Source: Octopus sinensis | Lineage: Eukaryota | Reading direction: 5' to 3' | Length of the DNA stretch: 64,000 nt | NCBI RefSeq assembly: GCF_006345805.1 | Contig: NC_043002.1 | Span: forward strand, 74,648,001 to 74,712,000 | The notes under the pieces: generated by a model | Database searches by the model: none | What the model was told of the DNA's origin: nothing | The model's input: only the letters and a program-made list of their open reading frames with translations | Program-made: the position numbers and the translations under genes | Part shown: positions 1-11,869 of the stretch, piece by piece | How positions within the stretch are numbered: position 1 is the first letter of the stretch | Layout of the letters: the number at the start of each line of letters is the position of its first letter

Positions 1-295
1 ATATCTGAAACAATGTTATCATCTAATGTGTTTCAAGTCAATACATTTGATACCTTGTTACTTTAGTTTCTAATAGACTCATACTGCTTTTGTTGTCTCA
101 TGGTTTTTCTCTAATATTTTACTATGTTGTTATTTAGCTCCAGGTCAGCCTTGATTGAGCTATGATCAAAAGTGTTCTGACCATGAGCCTAATTTTATTT
201 TACTTTTTTCTTTTTTTCTGCATCTCAAAGACTATTTTGTCTAATGTGTCTCTTTTCAAAGAAATTTGCATCCCAATCACATGCTCACTGTTTCA

Positions 296-523
296 TATTT
301 CTTTACTGCCCACAAGGGGCTAAATACAGAGGGGACAAACAAGGACAGACAAAGGGATTAAATCAATTACATCGACCCACTGCGAAACTGGTACTTATTA
401 ATCGATCCCGAAAGGATGAAAGGCAAAGTTGACCTCGGCGGAATTTTGAACTCAGAATGTAGCAGCAGACGAAATACTAAGCATTTCACCTGGCGTGCTA
501 ATGTTTTTGCCAGCTTACTGCCT
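296..523 (-). mobile_element. tRNA-derived SINE family B
   Basis: Minus strand reads ...gttctgagttcaaaattccgccgaggtcaactttgcctttcatcctttcggg...agtaccag. The central block resembles the Meta/MESC SINE domain as I recall it (not verified). Confidence 0.85.
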
Positions 524-1609
524 TCGAGCATGGTCACTGTTTCAGTCCCACTGTATTACATCCTGGGCAAGTGTTTTCTATTATAGCTTTGGGCTGACCA
601 AACCCTTGTGAGTGAATTTGGTAGATGGGAACACAGAAACTCTCTGGAAGCCTGTTGAGTGTATATGCATGCATACATACATACATATGTGTCATGGCTT
701 TAGCATCACTTGATAGTTGTAAAAAGGTGTCACTGTTATACAAGCAATGTCATTTACTTCCAGTATTCTGTGAAAAACATATCTGAACATAGGAAAGTAT
801 TACCTTCCATGGAAACAGGTAAGAAATGGCAACTGGGAGGGCATCTGACCTGTGAAAAAGGGGATATTAAAATGCTGATGATACTGATATGGTGTGATTT
901 TGTGGAAGATTTGTTTGCTATATCTAGCTGGTCAAGCCACCACATAGATTCTCACCACTTCTATTGTTCCTATATAATTGTGTTGATTTGACTGCCTGTG
1001 CTTCTAGATGTCACATCTCAGCCTTTTTCCTTTTATGATGTTATTTTAACTCAGAAAAATCTCGTGGGCATCTGTCGTATTTTAACAAGGAAGTGGACTT
1101 AATTGACAGTCATTTGTTTTTACTCTTTGCTTTGCTGCTTATTCTTGTGCTAGAGAAATGTAAAATACCATACCACTTGTCACTTATTAATTTATTCTAG
1201 TGCTTCACCATTGCGTTGTACACAAATGTTTTAATGCAAATGCCTATCAAAAATTTGTGTTTCCTATCATACAGTCCATTCAAAAATATTTTTAGCTTTC
1301 ATGACTATTAATGAAATGGTCTGCTTTTGTGTTTCAACTACTTTTGAAAATAATCAAGAATATCAAGGGATTTAGTTGAGTGATTAACTTTTCATTAAGT
1401 AACTGATGTTTGGAACATAATTAATTAGAAATTAAAGCATAAAATGGGTGGGTGGTTAAGACGCTTGTTTTTCAATCACATGGTTTAGGATTCAGTCCTA
1501 CTGTGTGGCTTCGTGGGTAAGTGTCTTCTACTGTAGCTCAGAGCTGACCAGTCTTGTGAGTGGATTTGGTACATGGAAACTGAAAGACGCTTGTGTATGT
1601 ATGTGTGTG

Positions 1610-1642
<33 letters not shown>

Positions 1643-2151
1643 TATGTTGGAAGGTCATCCAGTTGTAAAAAGCTTGCCAAAACTGACCTTGCCTGTGCTT
1701 GTGCTCAGTCTACTCTGCTCAGTGGTTGGTGTTAGGAAGGGCATCCAGGTGTAAAAACCCTGCCAAAACAGACACAGAAGTCTGTGCAGACTCCTGCCTG
1801 ACCAGCTCCTGTCAAACTGTCCAACTCATGCCAGCATGAAAAGTGGACTTTAGATAATGTGTGTATATATTTTCTTTTGACATGTGACAGTTGTAAATGA
1901 GTGTCACTGCCACACAAGTGGTTTTCATTCCCAATCTTCTGTGAACCATGGGGATATATTACTTTGCTTAAAAACAGGTGAGGGTTGGTAACAAGAAGGG
2001 CAACTAACCATAGAAAATCTGCCTGAATGAATTCTGTTTGTTTCATGCAAGCATGAAAAATGGATGTTAAAATGATGATAATGATGATGGAAGGTTATAA
2101 TTTGGATATATACATATAATATATACACACACAACTATCTATTTGTCTGTC

Positions 2152-2186
<35 letters not shown>

Positions 2187-2741
2187 TTTAAAAGGAGTTT
2201 CCGTATCCTGAAACCAAAGATAGCTTCAAGTGAGCTGGTATTAAATGTGTTAAACAGTTAATCTTCAACCTCTCCCCAAATACTTCTTATACAGTTTCAT
2301 GCCCTAACAACCATACACATATATACAAATAACCTTATCAGAAATTACTTGGCTAATGGAAAAAAAAAAAAAAATAATGACAACTATCGTGAATAGTTTT
2401 TGCTGGGTTACAAACCTCTTTCAAATAGATCTACAATAAATATAAACTATCTGAATTCCATGTCCTTGCTTGTGTGTTACTTTCACTATCAAATATTGAG
2501 GTCATACATATGTAGGTTTCTTAAAAAGGGTATCGTAAGGCCTGTATTGCTAGATACAAAATCAAACAATATGAAAGAATGTCTTAGATCTGTTGTGTTG
2601 GTGTTTGTAGATCAAACTGCAAAATATTTGATTGATTGTTTCAATAATACATACAGATGTCCAAATGAATTTGTATAGACTATTATATAACAAACCATTT
2701 GGTAAAATAGTTTTTTTCTTTAACATTTTCAAGCTTTATTT

Positions 2742-2903
2742 ACACTCTCAGAATGGTTGGTGTTAGGAAGGGCATCCAGCTGTAGAAACTCTGCCAGATC
2801 AGATTGGAGTCTGGTGCAGCCATCTGGTTCGCCAGACCTCAGCCAAATCGTCCAACCCATGCTAGCATGGAAAGCGGACGTTAAACGATGATGATGATGA
2901 TGA
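2742..2903 (+). mobile_element. RTE 3'-tail fragment
   Basis: Same tail as 16875-17040. Other copies at about 1700-1856, 33755-33940, 34138-34289, 44225-44427, 48335-48525, 54390-54508 and 62553-62637 (+), and 53420-53600 (-). Confidence 0.9.
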
Positions 2904-3896
2904 TTTAGTTGTTTATCAAAATAAAACTTACGAAATTAACTGAATATTTGAGGCTTTAAATATCACAATTTAGCCCTAGGTTAACCTAATTGAGCAAATG
3001 TATTTCAGTTGTAATCATTCTACCCCCACCTCCCACTTTTTTAAAATCAAGACATAGTGCTCCAGACAGCGTTATTCATTATTTTCTTTTATCTTATTTT
3101 TAATGGTAGGTTTTTGAGGGAGGCTTAGCTATTATTTCTAGTAGATGGAGTAACCAGGCATGTCATATGAAATGCATTATAGTTTGATTGTGGTGGGAAA
3201 TAAATTGAAGAAAAGTTTGTGTAAACACCCTAAAAATGATTGAATCCTGAATCTTGTGTTTAGAACAACCCAATCTTCTTGTTAGCAACTGACAAATCCT
3301 TTTCTCATGTTTCTTTATTCTTTGTCTCTCATTGATATCAATAAATTGTTTTGACTTTGTATTACTATTAAACACAGGTATAGCTGTGTGGTTGAGAAAT
3401 TCACCTTGAAGTCATGTGGTTTTGGGTTCAGTCCCATCACTGCATGGTAACTTGAGCAAGTATCTTTAACTATAATCCCAGGCTAACCAAAGCCTAGTGA
3501 GTGGATATGCTTATTTGGTAGATAGAGACTAAAAAGGACTTTCCAACCACATGGTTCAGTCCCACTGCATGGCACCTTAGGCAAGTGTCTTCTACTATTA
3601 CTCTGGGCCGACCAAAGCCTTAGGAGTTGATTTGGTAGATGGAAACTGAAAGAAGACCAAGGATTTAGTCTATCAAATCATCTCTTGTACCTACTTTTTT
3701 AAGTATTGTATTTATTCTATTCATCTCTTTTGCTGGACTACTAAGTATGTAGATATAAACAAACCAACACTGTTAAACAGTGATATGGGGAGTAAACAAA
3801 GAGATAGACACTCCCCCAAAATGTAACTACATGTGAATTGTTGGCGATTTTTTTTTTCCTCCGTCTTCCTTTTCTCTTGTACTTTCCTCTGTCTCC

Positions 3897-3933
3897 TGTT
3901 TCTGAAGAAGAGTTTTGCTCGAAATGTAAAACA
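3897..3933 (+). ncRNA. Minimal hammerhead-ribozyme-like motif (Penelope-type), probably a relic
   Basis: tgttt-CTGAAGA-a-gag(ttttg)ctc-GAAA-t-GTA-aaaca: stem I, stem II and both core boxes are present. Confidence 0.55.
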
Positions 3934-4062
3934 ACTTTTCTTTTCTTCCCTGAGCATCTTTTAATACTTTGCATGTACCACGTCCTTGCATTGTTATTTT
4001 TTCTTGTTTTTTTTTTTTTTCTTCAGTTTTTATACACACACACACACACACACATATATGAT

Positions 4063-4468
4063 GCTAGGTCCACCTGACTGGCTCCTGCACTGGTGGCACG
4101 TAAAAAGCACCATCCGAATGTGGCCAATGCCAGTGCCCCCTGACTGACTACTGTGCTCGTGGTACGTAAAAAGCACTATCTGAATGTGATCAATGCCAGG
4201 GCCACCTGACTGGCTCCTGTGCCAATAGAACGTAAAAAGCATTATCCGAACATGGCTGATGCCAGTGTCTCCTGACTGGCTCCCATGCCGGTGACACATA
4301 AAAAGCACCCACTACACTCCTGGAGTGGTTGGCGTTAGGAAGGGCATCCAGCTGTAGAAACATTGCCAGATCAGATTGGAGCCTGGTGCAGCTGCTGGCT
4401 TTCCAGACCTTAGTCAAACCATCCAACCCATGCCACCATGGAAAATGGATGTTAAATGATGATGATAA

Positions 4469-4471
<3 letters not shown>
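4063..4471 (+). mobile_element. RTE 3'UTR fragment with about 66-bp tandem units
   Basis: Units at about 4077, 4142, 4208 and 4275, followed by the conserved RTE tail (ggcgttaggaagggcatccagctgtagaaa...gatgat). Confidence 0.9.
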
Positions 4472-4504
<33 letters not shown>

Positions 4505-5614
4505 GCTTCCATACAGTTGCCATCTATCAGATTCATTCAAAAGGTACTAGTCAGTCAATAGACACTTGCTCAGGGTACCACATAGTGGGACTGAACCTGA
4601 AACTGCTTGGTTGTAGAAGCAAACTTCTTAACTGCATATCCGTGCATGCACTTGTATACAATTTATTTTGACAGCTTTCTTAAATGATTAATCCAGCTTT
4701 TTTAAAATTTATTTATTATGGAATAAGTATTATTTGAGTTAGCTTTTTAAAAGTGTAGAGACTGCGATGATGTAAGTAGCAATACTATTACAATTTCGGC
4801 TCTTAGAATTTTGAAGGTAATGCATTCATGTGCAGTAGCTCTTATCATTCTCTATGTTTTCTATTACCATTGATCACAGAATCTCAGATGAGAATCTGTT
4901 GATCAATCATTTTTTTTTCTCTTTTGTTTTTGTTCTGAAGATCTGATAAATTAGTTGTTCTACCATCGAGAGGGAACAAATGTGAAAACAATGTGTAATC
5001 TTACAGCTGCAGATTGACTAAATCATAGATTTATTGACTCTTGCTTTGTAATGTGATAAAGATTGTTATCTCTTGATGTAACAAAACTAAGTTTTAATTG
5101 CTTACGTAGTCTTTGGTAATAGAAACAGTAATCTTAGCTGCTTTCCTTATGCCCAGCATTATAACCATGATCACCATCACTATGACTGTCACCACAAACA
5201 CCAGCATTACCATTACCCCCTCCCCCATCATCATCATCAGTGCCATCATTCTGATAACCACCATCACCGTCATCATTTGATCTCTATTCTTTTATGCGGG
5301 CATGGGTTGGACAGTTTGATAGGATCTTGTGAGTCACAGGGCTGCATCATGCTAGCCTTGGCATGGTCTTTACGACTGGATGCCCTTTTCAACACCAATC
5401 ACTTTAGCCTGTGTACTGGGTACTTTTTTCTTGCCACCACTAGCACTAGTGAAGTTATCAGGTAACTTGTGAGACAAGAAAGAATAAGAGAGATAATCAT
5501 TTTTCCATATTTACATTAGTGGAATTAAACAATACATAAATGATTAACCATCGTATCTTTTTGATATTTTTACTTTTAAAAACATTTTCTTCTTAAGTCC
5601 TATAACATTTGAGC

Positions 5615-5830
5615 TGTTTTTCTTTAGTTCCCAGGTCAGACTTGAACAAGCAGGTCGTTAATCAAAGCCGTTAAGTTATTTCTGCTGTAGCATTCCTATT
5701 TTTACTTCTAATCTAAAACTACATCGACCAGTATGTCTTTAGTTTTTTTCTCAAGTAAGTCCTAATTTGAAGGAGATTTAGTTGCTATTTCTAGCAGGTT
5801 GAGTGAGCATGTAGAGGCTGCCTTGTCAGC
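5615..5830 (+). repeat. Old dispersed repeat family E (about 210 bp, unclassified)
   Basis: tttag..ccaggtcag...gagatttagttgctatttctagcaggttgag. Recurs at about 125-250, 2970-3160, 39845-40060 and 55970-56205 (+), and 14805-14970, 16270-16380, 49585-49950, 50800-50965 and 58400-58870 (-). Confidence 0.75.
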
Positions 5831-6464
5831 TTGTTGAGATGTTGATATGATTTCATGGAAGTTTGCCAGTATTCTTTGTCAGTTGACTACACTCACTCAT
5901 TCCGTGTTGTAAATTGACTTGCTTAAAAGTGACATTAATCAAATCTAAACTGACATTTCTCATACAACAACAATGCCATACTATGTCATTTGATTTGAAA
6001 AGAAATCCCAGATGTTTCTTCCAAGTAATGACATCCTTTCATTTTATCTTGGCTCATTACAAAACCAAAAGGATAAACACTGTGAAATTTGTCTTTAGTC
6101 GCGGATTCTTTTAAAGAGAGATTGCATCATAGCTTCTGCTGTTTATTTCCAATTTGTATAATTTTCATTTGTGTTTTTGTTTTTTTGCTTTTTCTATGAG
6201 ATAAATATATTATTGAGGCAATGTTTTACACTTGGATGCCCTTCTTGTCATTAACTTTTACCTGCTTGATTTTCAAGCAAGGTGTACCTTATACCATGTG
6301 TTTTTGAAGGGACAAGTCCAGTGAATGACCCATTTGCAGAAGAAAATGATGGCTATGTCACAATCCATAACTAAGCAGTTTTTAGAGAAGCTCAAATGTA
6401 AACAAACGCTCACATGCATGTGCATATGTATATATTTACATGCATGTGAGTGTATATATATATG

Positions 6465-6775
6465 TGGAGGCTCAAACAGTTGTGGGATCATGATTTTGAT
6501 TCTCAGACCGGGTGCTATGAGTGTTTATTGAGTGAAAACACCTAAAGTTCGACAAAGCTCCAGCAGGGGTGGTGGTGGCGAACCCTGCAGTACTCTTTCA
6601 CCATAACTTTCTCTCACTCTTTCTTCCTGTTTTTGTTGTACTTGTATTTCAAACATAGTTAAGGGTACATGTGTCTGTGGAGTGCTCAGCCACTTACACG
6701 TTAATTTCATGAGCAGGCTGTTCCATTGATTGGATCAATTGGAACCCTCGTCGTTGTAACTGACAGAGTGCCATG
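6465..6775 (+). mobile_element. SINE family C, partial
   Basis: Matches the reverse complement of 11560-11830. Further fragments at about 31330-31400 and 44820-44970. Confidence 0.82.
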
Positions 6776-6889
6776 GTATATAAATATATATAACCAAGGG
6801 AAAAACAATTCCTTCAAAAGTGTAAAACATCCAATTCACTAGTATGGCAGTTGAATACTGCAGAATTAGGGGTATAAATACAAATTACA

Positions 6890-7008
6890 AATAAATTAAA
6901 TAGAGAAATACAATTGACAATCTAACAATTTATTTCATAATATAATATTGAATATAACAATATAATAAATTATTAGATTGTAAATTGTATTTCTTTATTT
7001 AATTTATT
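6890..7008. repeat. AT-rich foldback hairpin
   Basis: 45-bp arms with about 3 mismatches (aataaattaaatagagaaatacaattgacaatctaacaatttatt versus its inverted copy). Confidence 0.85.
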
Positions 7009-7017
7009 ATATACATA

Positions 7018-7246
7018 TTTCTTTATTGCTCGCAGGGTGCTAAACATAGAGGGGACAAACAAGGACAGACAAAGGGAATAAGTCGATTACATCGACCCCA
7101 GTGCTTAACTGGTACTTATTTAATCAACCTTAAAAGGATGAAAGGCAAAGTCGACCTCAGCGGAATTTAAACTCAGAACGTAATGGCAGGTGAAATACCG
7201 CTAAGCATTTCGCCTGGCGTGCTAATGATTCTGCCAGCTTGCCGCC
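7018..7246 (-). mobile_element. SINE family B
   Basis: Near-identical to 296-523. Confidence 0.88.
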
Positions 7247-8496
7247 ATAATCTATTATTTATACACACATACACATGCACATGTGTATTGGGCTTCTTTC
7301 AGTTTATCAAATTTTCTCAAGGCTTTCGTTGGCTCAAGGCTACAGTAGAAGACACTTGCTCAAGCTGTTGCACAGAGGGGCTGAACCTGAAACTTTGTGC
7401 TTGGGAAGTGAGCCATTCTTGCATCCTGGTTATAATGTTACATAGTCTAGATTCAAGTTGTGTTATATATATCCAGCAGAGTATGCCCACCTCTTTTCTT
7501 TCCAACCATTGCACGTCTTCCATATTGAATGCACATGTTTTGCTACTGTGCAGTCTCACACAAGTAAGCATCATGTAGTTTGCCATTCATTTGGAGAGCA
7601 AATTCTTTTGTTGTCAGCAGGAGTGTTAGCTCCCTTAATGTTTTCCATCCAGATCTTACCCTGGTCGCTATGTTTTTGGAACAACCACTTCCTCTATTGT
7701 TTATTTGGTTTCCTATGTGAAAGAATCTGTCAATTACTAGAGAGCATTTTCAGTTACTTTTAGGAATTTATTTCATGGTATTTTTATTGCTAAATACTTC
7801 TGTGCATCTGCTATTTAGGTAAACTTTCTCTGTGAATTTGTCTGAAATTCCACTGCACCTTTTATCTTCTGAGAAGTAGATTGTTAGCAAACAGGAGTTC
7901 CTACAAACATCCAATCTTGAACTCTTGTAATCGTCTTGAGAATCATAATAAACAGGAGGGGTTGAGAACAGATCTGAGCCCTGATGGATAGTTGTATGCA
8001 TGCTAAATTCCTTTCTAACTTTCACCTTGCTTGTACTGCTTTCACAAGCCATTCATCTACCTCCAGTTATCTTAGTGACCACCAGATATAGTGTAAGGTA
8101 CCCTATTGAAAGCCTTCTTTAAGTTAATGAATACCAGGTATAATGGTTTGTTTCTGGCTAAGAACTTGTAGTTACCTCACTAAGCTGGCACAAATCCAAC
8201 TGTATTTCACTCAAGCTAGTTCTCTTTACTAATTCTGGAAGAGAATTAGTTAACTCCTCTAATACTTTCCTGACATGGTCCATTGGTTTAATGTCTCCAT
8301 AGTTATTTTTTTCTAAAACATCTTTCTTTTGTAGCAGATTATGGGATACTTTTATTCTTGTGATTGGAGACAAAATCCCTTTTCCACTATTTGATTGACT
8401 ATGCAAGTAACCAACATATCCTACTTCCTGGATATTTTCAGCATCTCAGTGTATTTTCCTAATGGGTCTGGTGCTTTCTTGCATCCATATCCTTAA

Positions 8497-8718
8497 TCCT
8501 TTCGTTACTGTATTTATTTTGAGATGCTCTGTGTTTCTTTCAATTAATTTTAAATATAACAAAGAATTTAGTAAAATAACTTAGTTATCATTAAGCTAGT
8601 GTTAGGAACATAAATTGTGACTAAAGTTTGGTGGAAGAATTTAATTCAAAACTTATGAAAACAAAACATTTGTACTACAGAGCCAGAGGCGGTTTCAGCT
8701 GGGTTGGTATCAAAAGGG
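8497..8718. mobile_element. piggyBac-type MITE family M1
   Basis: Flanked by TTAA on both sides; termini (t)cctttcgttac / gtatcaaaaggg. Confidence 0.85.
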
Positions 8719-9251
8719 TTAAAGGTCCTTTCAACCATATACTGGTCCTCTTGATAGCTGATTCTTCTATTGGATCCATTTTGGGTAATGACTGTATTTC
8801 CTATGAGCTCTCTTCAATCAGCTAGTTTTTAGTATTGTTTCCTTACCTCTACTCAGCATCAGTGAGTGTGCTACCCTCATTCTGTACACACTTTATACCA
8901 AGTCTTGATTTATAGTCACATGGCTTTGCAATCCTGAAAGTGTCAAAGCATAGAACAATAGCAAACCCCTTAATTCCTCTTTGCTAGAGAAATCCAACAT
9001 CAAGTTTCTTCAAGCTACCTGATAGCTTTTTTGCATCCTTTCCAGGTTTATTACTTAACTTTTATGGCTCTATTCATTGTATTATTTCATCACAACATCT
9101 CTCTCTCTCTCTCCAGTTAGAACCTTGCGCCATTGGTAGATCTGGTCTATGACTCAGCAGGCTGTCTTGTAAAAATTCCCAAATGTTTTCTCTCATAATT
9201 ATTCTCCTTTTAGACATCATGTAGTACTTCTTGGATTTACATATGCTAAAG

Positions 9252-9677
9252 CAGTAATTCTCAACCATTTTTTTTTTACCTATGAACTGTTTTGATTCTC
9301 ATTTTACTCTACTGGAACCCATGTTAAAAAAAAAAACTTATATTTTTATAATCAAATATTGTTAGGAATTGGATAAAAAAATTTGTTAAAATATTTTGTG
9401 CATTTTAGAAGTATAACCACTAGTGTAGCTGGAGGTGGGCAGTTTGCCCCAGGTGGAACTTTTAAAGGGCACCACTTTTGGGTCTGGTGTAGACAATATG
9501 TGTTTTTTGTGGGCTCTGGAGGTGGCAAATGGAAGGGCCACCCTGGGCGGCTCACATTCTAGCTACGCTAGTGAGTATAACCAATTTATTGCTCGTAAAC
9601 TTTAACAAAAAAATCTTACATGGACCCCCAATGGTCATATTTTTGACCCCCAAGGGTCATATGTTTGAGAACAACTG
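9252..9677. mobile_element. hAT (Charlie-like) MITE
   Basis: TIRs cagtaattctcaacc / gtttgagaacaactg; imperfect 8-bp TSD tgctaaag / tgttagag. Confidence 0.75.
9418..9573. mobile_element. 156-bp hAT-like MITE nested in the previous element
   Basis: Perfect 8-bp TSD agtataac (9410-9417 and 9574-9581); TIR cactagtgtagctgga / tctagctacgctagtg (14/16). Confidence 0.88.
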
Positions 9678-10061
9678 TGTTAGAGACAGCTTTCAGCTTT
9701 CATACCTTCCTTATGTTTTTTTCTTTGGAGTCTCTGGCTTATATCTGGAAGTAACTAATCACTAATTCATGTTGAATAGTACATTCTTCACTGAGGAAAA
9801 AAACTATTCACAAATAGTTAGCTATCTTGTTTCCTGGTGAGTATGAAGTCTATGTGGCTGGTGTTTATACTTAAGTGCTTGGTAGTCAAGTGGCTGTCTG
9901 GATTTCTAAAACATTAATGTTCTTTGTGTTACAGGACTCCAACAATTTTGATCTTTCTCTATTCTTTCTTCTACCATAGCCTTGAATAACCTTTTTAATG
10001 ATGTCCTAATATGCCCATTAAAGTCACCAATTCTGATATTGAGGTTGCTGTTATCTATTAA

Positions 10062-10661
10062 CCCTTTTGATCCCAACCTAGCTGAAACCACCTCTGGCTC
10101 TAGTACAAATGTCTTGTTTTCAAAAGTTCTGAATTAAAATCTTCCACTAAACCCAAGTCACAATTTATGTTCCTAACACTAGCTTAATGATAACTAAGTG
10201 ATTTTACTAAATTCTTTATTATAGGCGTAGGAGTGGCTGTGTGGTAAGTCACTTGCTTACCAACCACATGGTTCTGGACTCAGTCCTCCTGTGTGGCACC
10301 TTGGGCAAGTGTCTTCTACTATAGCCTCGGGCCGACCAAAGCCTTGTGAGTGAATTTGGTAGATGGAAACTGAAAGAAGCCTGTCATATATGTGTGTGTG
10401 TGTGTGTCTGTGTTTGTCACCCCAACATCGCTTGACAACCGATGCTGGTGTGTTTACATGCCCATAACTTAGCGGTTCGGCAAAAGAAACCGATAGAATA
10501 AGTACTAGGTTTACAAAGAATAAGTGCTGGGGTCGATTTACTTGACTAAAGGCGGTGCTCCAGCATGGCCACAGTCATATGACTGAAACAAGTAAAAGAG
10601 TAATATTTAAAATTAATTGAAAGAAACACAAAGTATCTCAACAGAAATATAGTAACAAGGG
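10062..10661. mobile_element. MITE M1 (opposite orientation to 8497) interrupted by SINE A
   Basis: TTAA|ccctttt...aaggg|TTAA. Halves are 10062-10223 and 10603-10661. Confidence 0.85.
10224..10602 (+). mobile_element. tRNA-derived SINE family A, full length
   Basis: A-box-like tggctgtgtggtaag, B-box-like segment, ccttgggcaag core, internal (GT)n, and tail ...gactgaaacaagtaaaagagta. Many copies in the window. Confidence 0.92.
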
Positions 10662-11358
10662 TTAAAGTATTCTGCAAGAGGATTGCATAGAAATGGTACT
10701 TTTGCTCAATATGTTGTTCTGGATTAAAGTGCATGGATAATAGATAGATTTTACTGTTGCTGTTGTGTTGCCTTTGACTAATTTAAGCTTAATTCCCCTC
10801 AGTGGTTGGCTACTGTTGAGGGGATGCTCACACCTAATCACCCAACTACTTTATTCAACTCTTACATGATAGGTTTTAGTCTTGTTGATGCATGTAACAG
10901 TTTTCTTTTAATTGTGTAACACATTTTTGCTGGGTGTCTGTTCTGTCTCTAATCACTGTATTACATGGATTCAGTAGATTTTATTGTATCTCTTGTACTA
11001 ATGATGTTTGCTTGGATTAAATGTACACCATCAGTTTTAATTCAGAGTTACTGCTGTCCTAGATAGGTTGCTTTCATTGCAGCTTGCAGGATCCATATTT
11101 CCTGCACAATATGGGTCAAAGTCTCTATAAAGATGGAAACAAGGCTGTGTGGTTAAGAGGTTTCCATTACAATCTTGTGGTTTTAAGTTAGATCCCATTG
11201 TATTGCACCTTATTTGTGTCTGTATACTATAACCTTGTATTGATCAATGCATTGTGAGTGATATTTGGTAGATGGAAACTGTACAGAAGCCTGTTGTGTG
11301 TATGTGTGTATGTACTGTCATCATTCAATATCTCTCCATGGTGGCATGGAGAGATGTT

Positions 11359-11869
11359 GTTGTGACACCTTTCGGTCATGAATGGCCATGGGATTGCACC
11401 TCGAAAGTTACCCTCTGAGGCACTAGTCTGAGCAAGGTAGTTTATAGACCAGCAGTCACCCACGCATACCAGCCTCCCCTATCCACGCCACCGATGTTAT
11501 CCAAGGGAAAGGCAAAGGCCGATACAGCTTGGCACCAGTGATAACGCAACTCATTTATTAACGTGCAAGTGGCTGAGCACTCCACAGACACGTGTATCCT
11601 TAATGTAGTTCTCAGGGAGATTCAACATGACTCAGAGTGTGACAAGGCTGGCCCTTTGGAATACAGTTACAACAGAAACAGGAAGAAGGAGTGAGAGAAA
11701 GTTGTGGTGAAAGAGTACAGCAGAGTTCACCAGCACCACCTGCTGGAGCCTCGTGGAGCTTTAGGTGTTTTTGCTCAATAAACACTCACAATGCCTGGTC
11801 TGGGAATCGAAACCATGATCCTACGACCATGAGTCCACTGCCCTAACCACTGGGCCATTGCGCCTCCAC
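11359..11869 (-). mobile_element. tRNA-derived SINE family C, full length, with an 11-bp TSD
   Basis: Head gtggaggcgcaatggcccagtggttagggc...ggtttcgattccc; (CAA)n end; TSD ggagagatgtt at 11348-11358 and 11870-11880. Confidence 0.9.

Larger units (their letters stand above)
7440..11130 (-). mobile_element. Ancient, heavily decayed RTE-like LINE interrupted by nested elements
   Basis: Collinear remnants: APE-like IGDFNGHI (about 10010-10035), NYGDIKPMDHVRKVLE (about 8255-8310) and CAFNMEDVQWLERKEVGILCW (about 7470-7540), matching the order in the younger RTE copies. Boundaries approximate. Confidence 0.7.

Noticed and set aside
4063-4310. Regularly spaced repeats resembling a CRISPR array
   Set aside because: Whole units are repeated with no unique spacers, the context is eukaryotic, and the array is part of an RTE 3'UTR.
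4869-4908. Imperfect 40-nt hairpin (possible pre-miRNA)
   Set aside because: Stem too short and imperfect; no other support.
11790-11869. tRNA-like sequence (also the heads of SINE A and B)
   Set aside because: These are SINE heads continuous with SINE bodies; no complete cloverleaf was evident.
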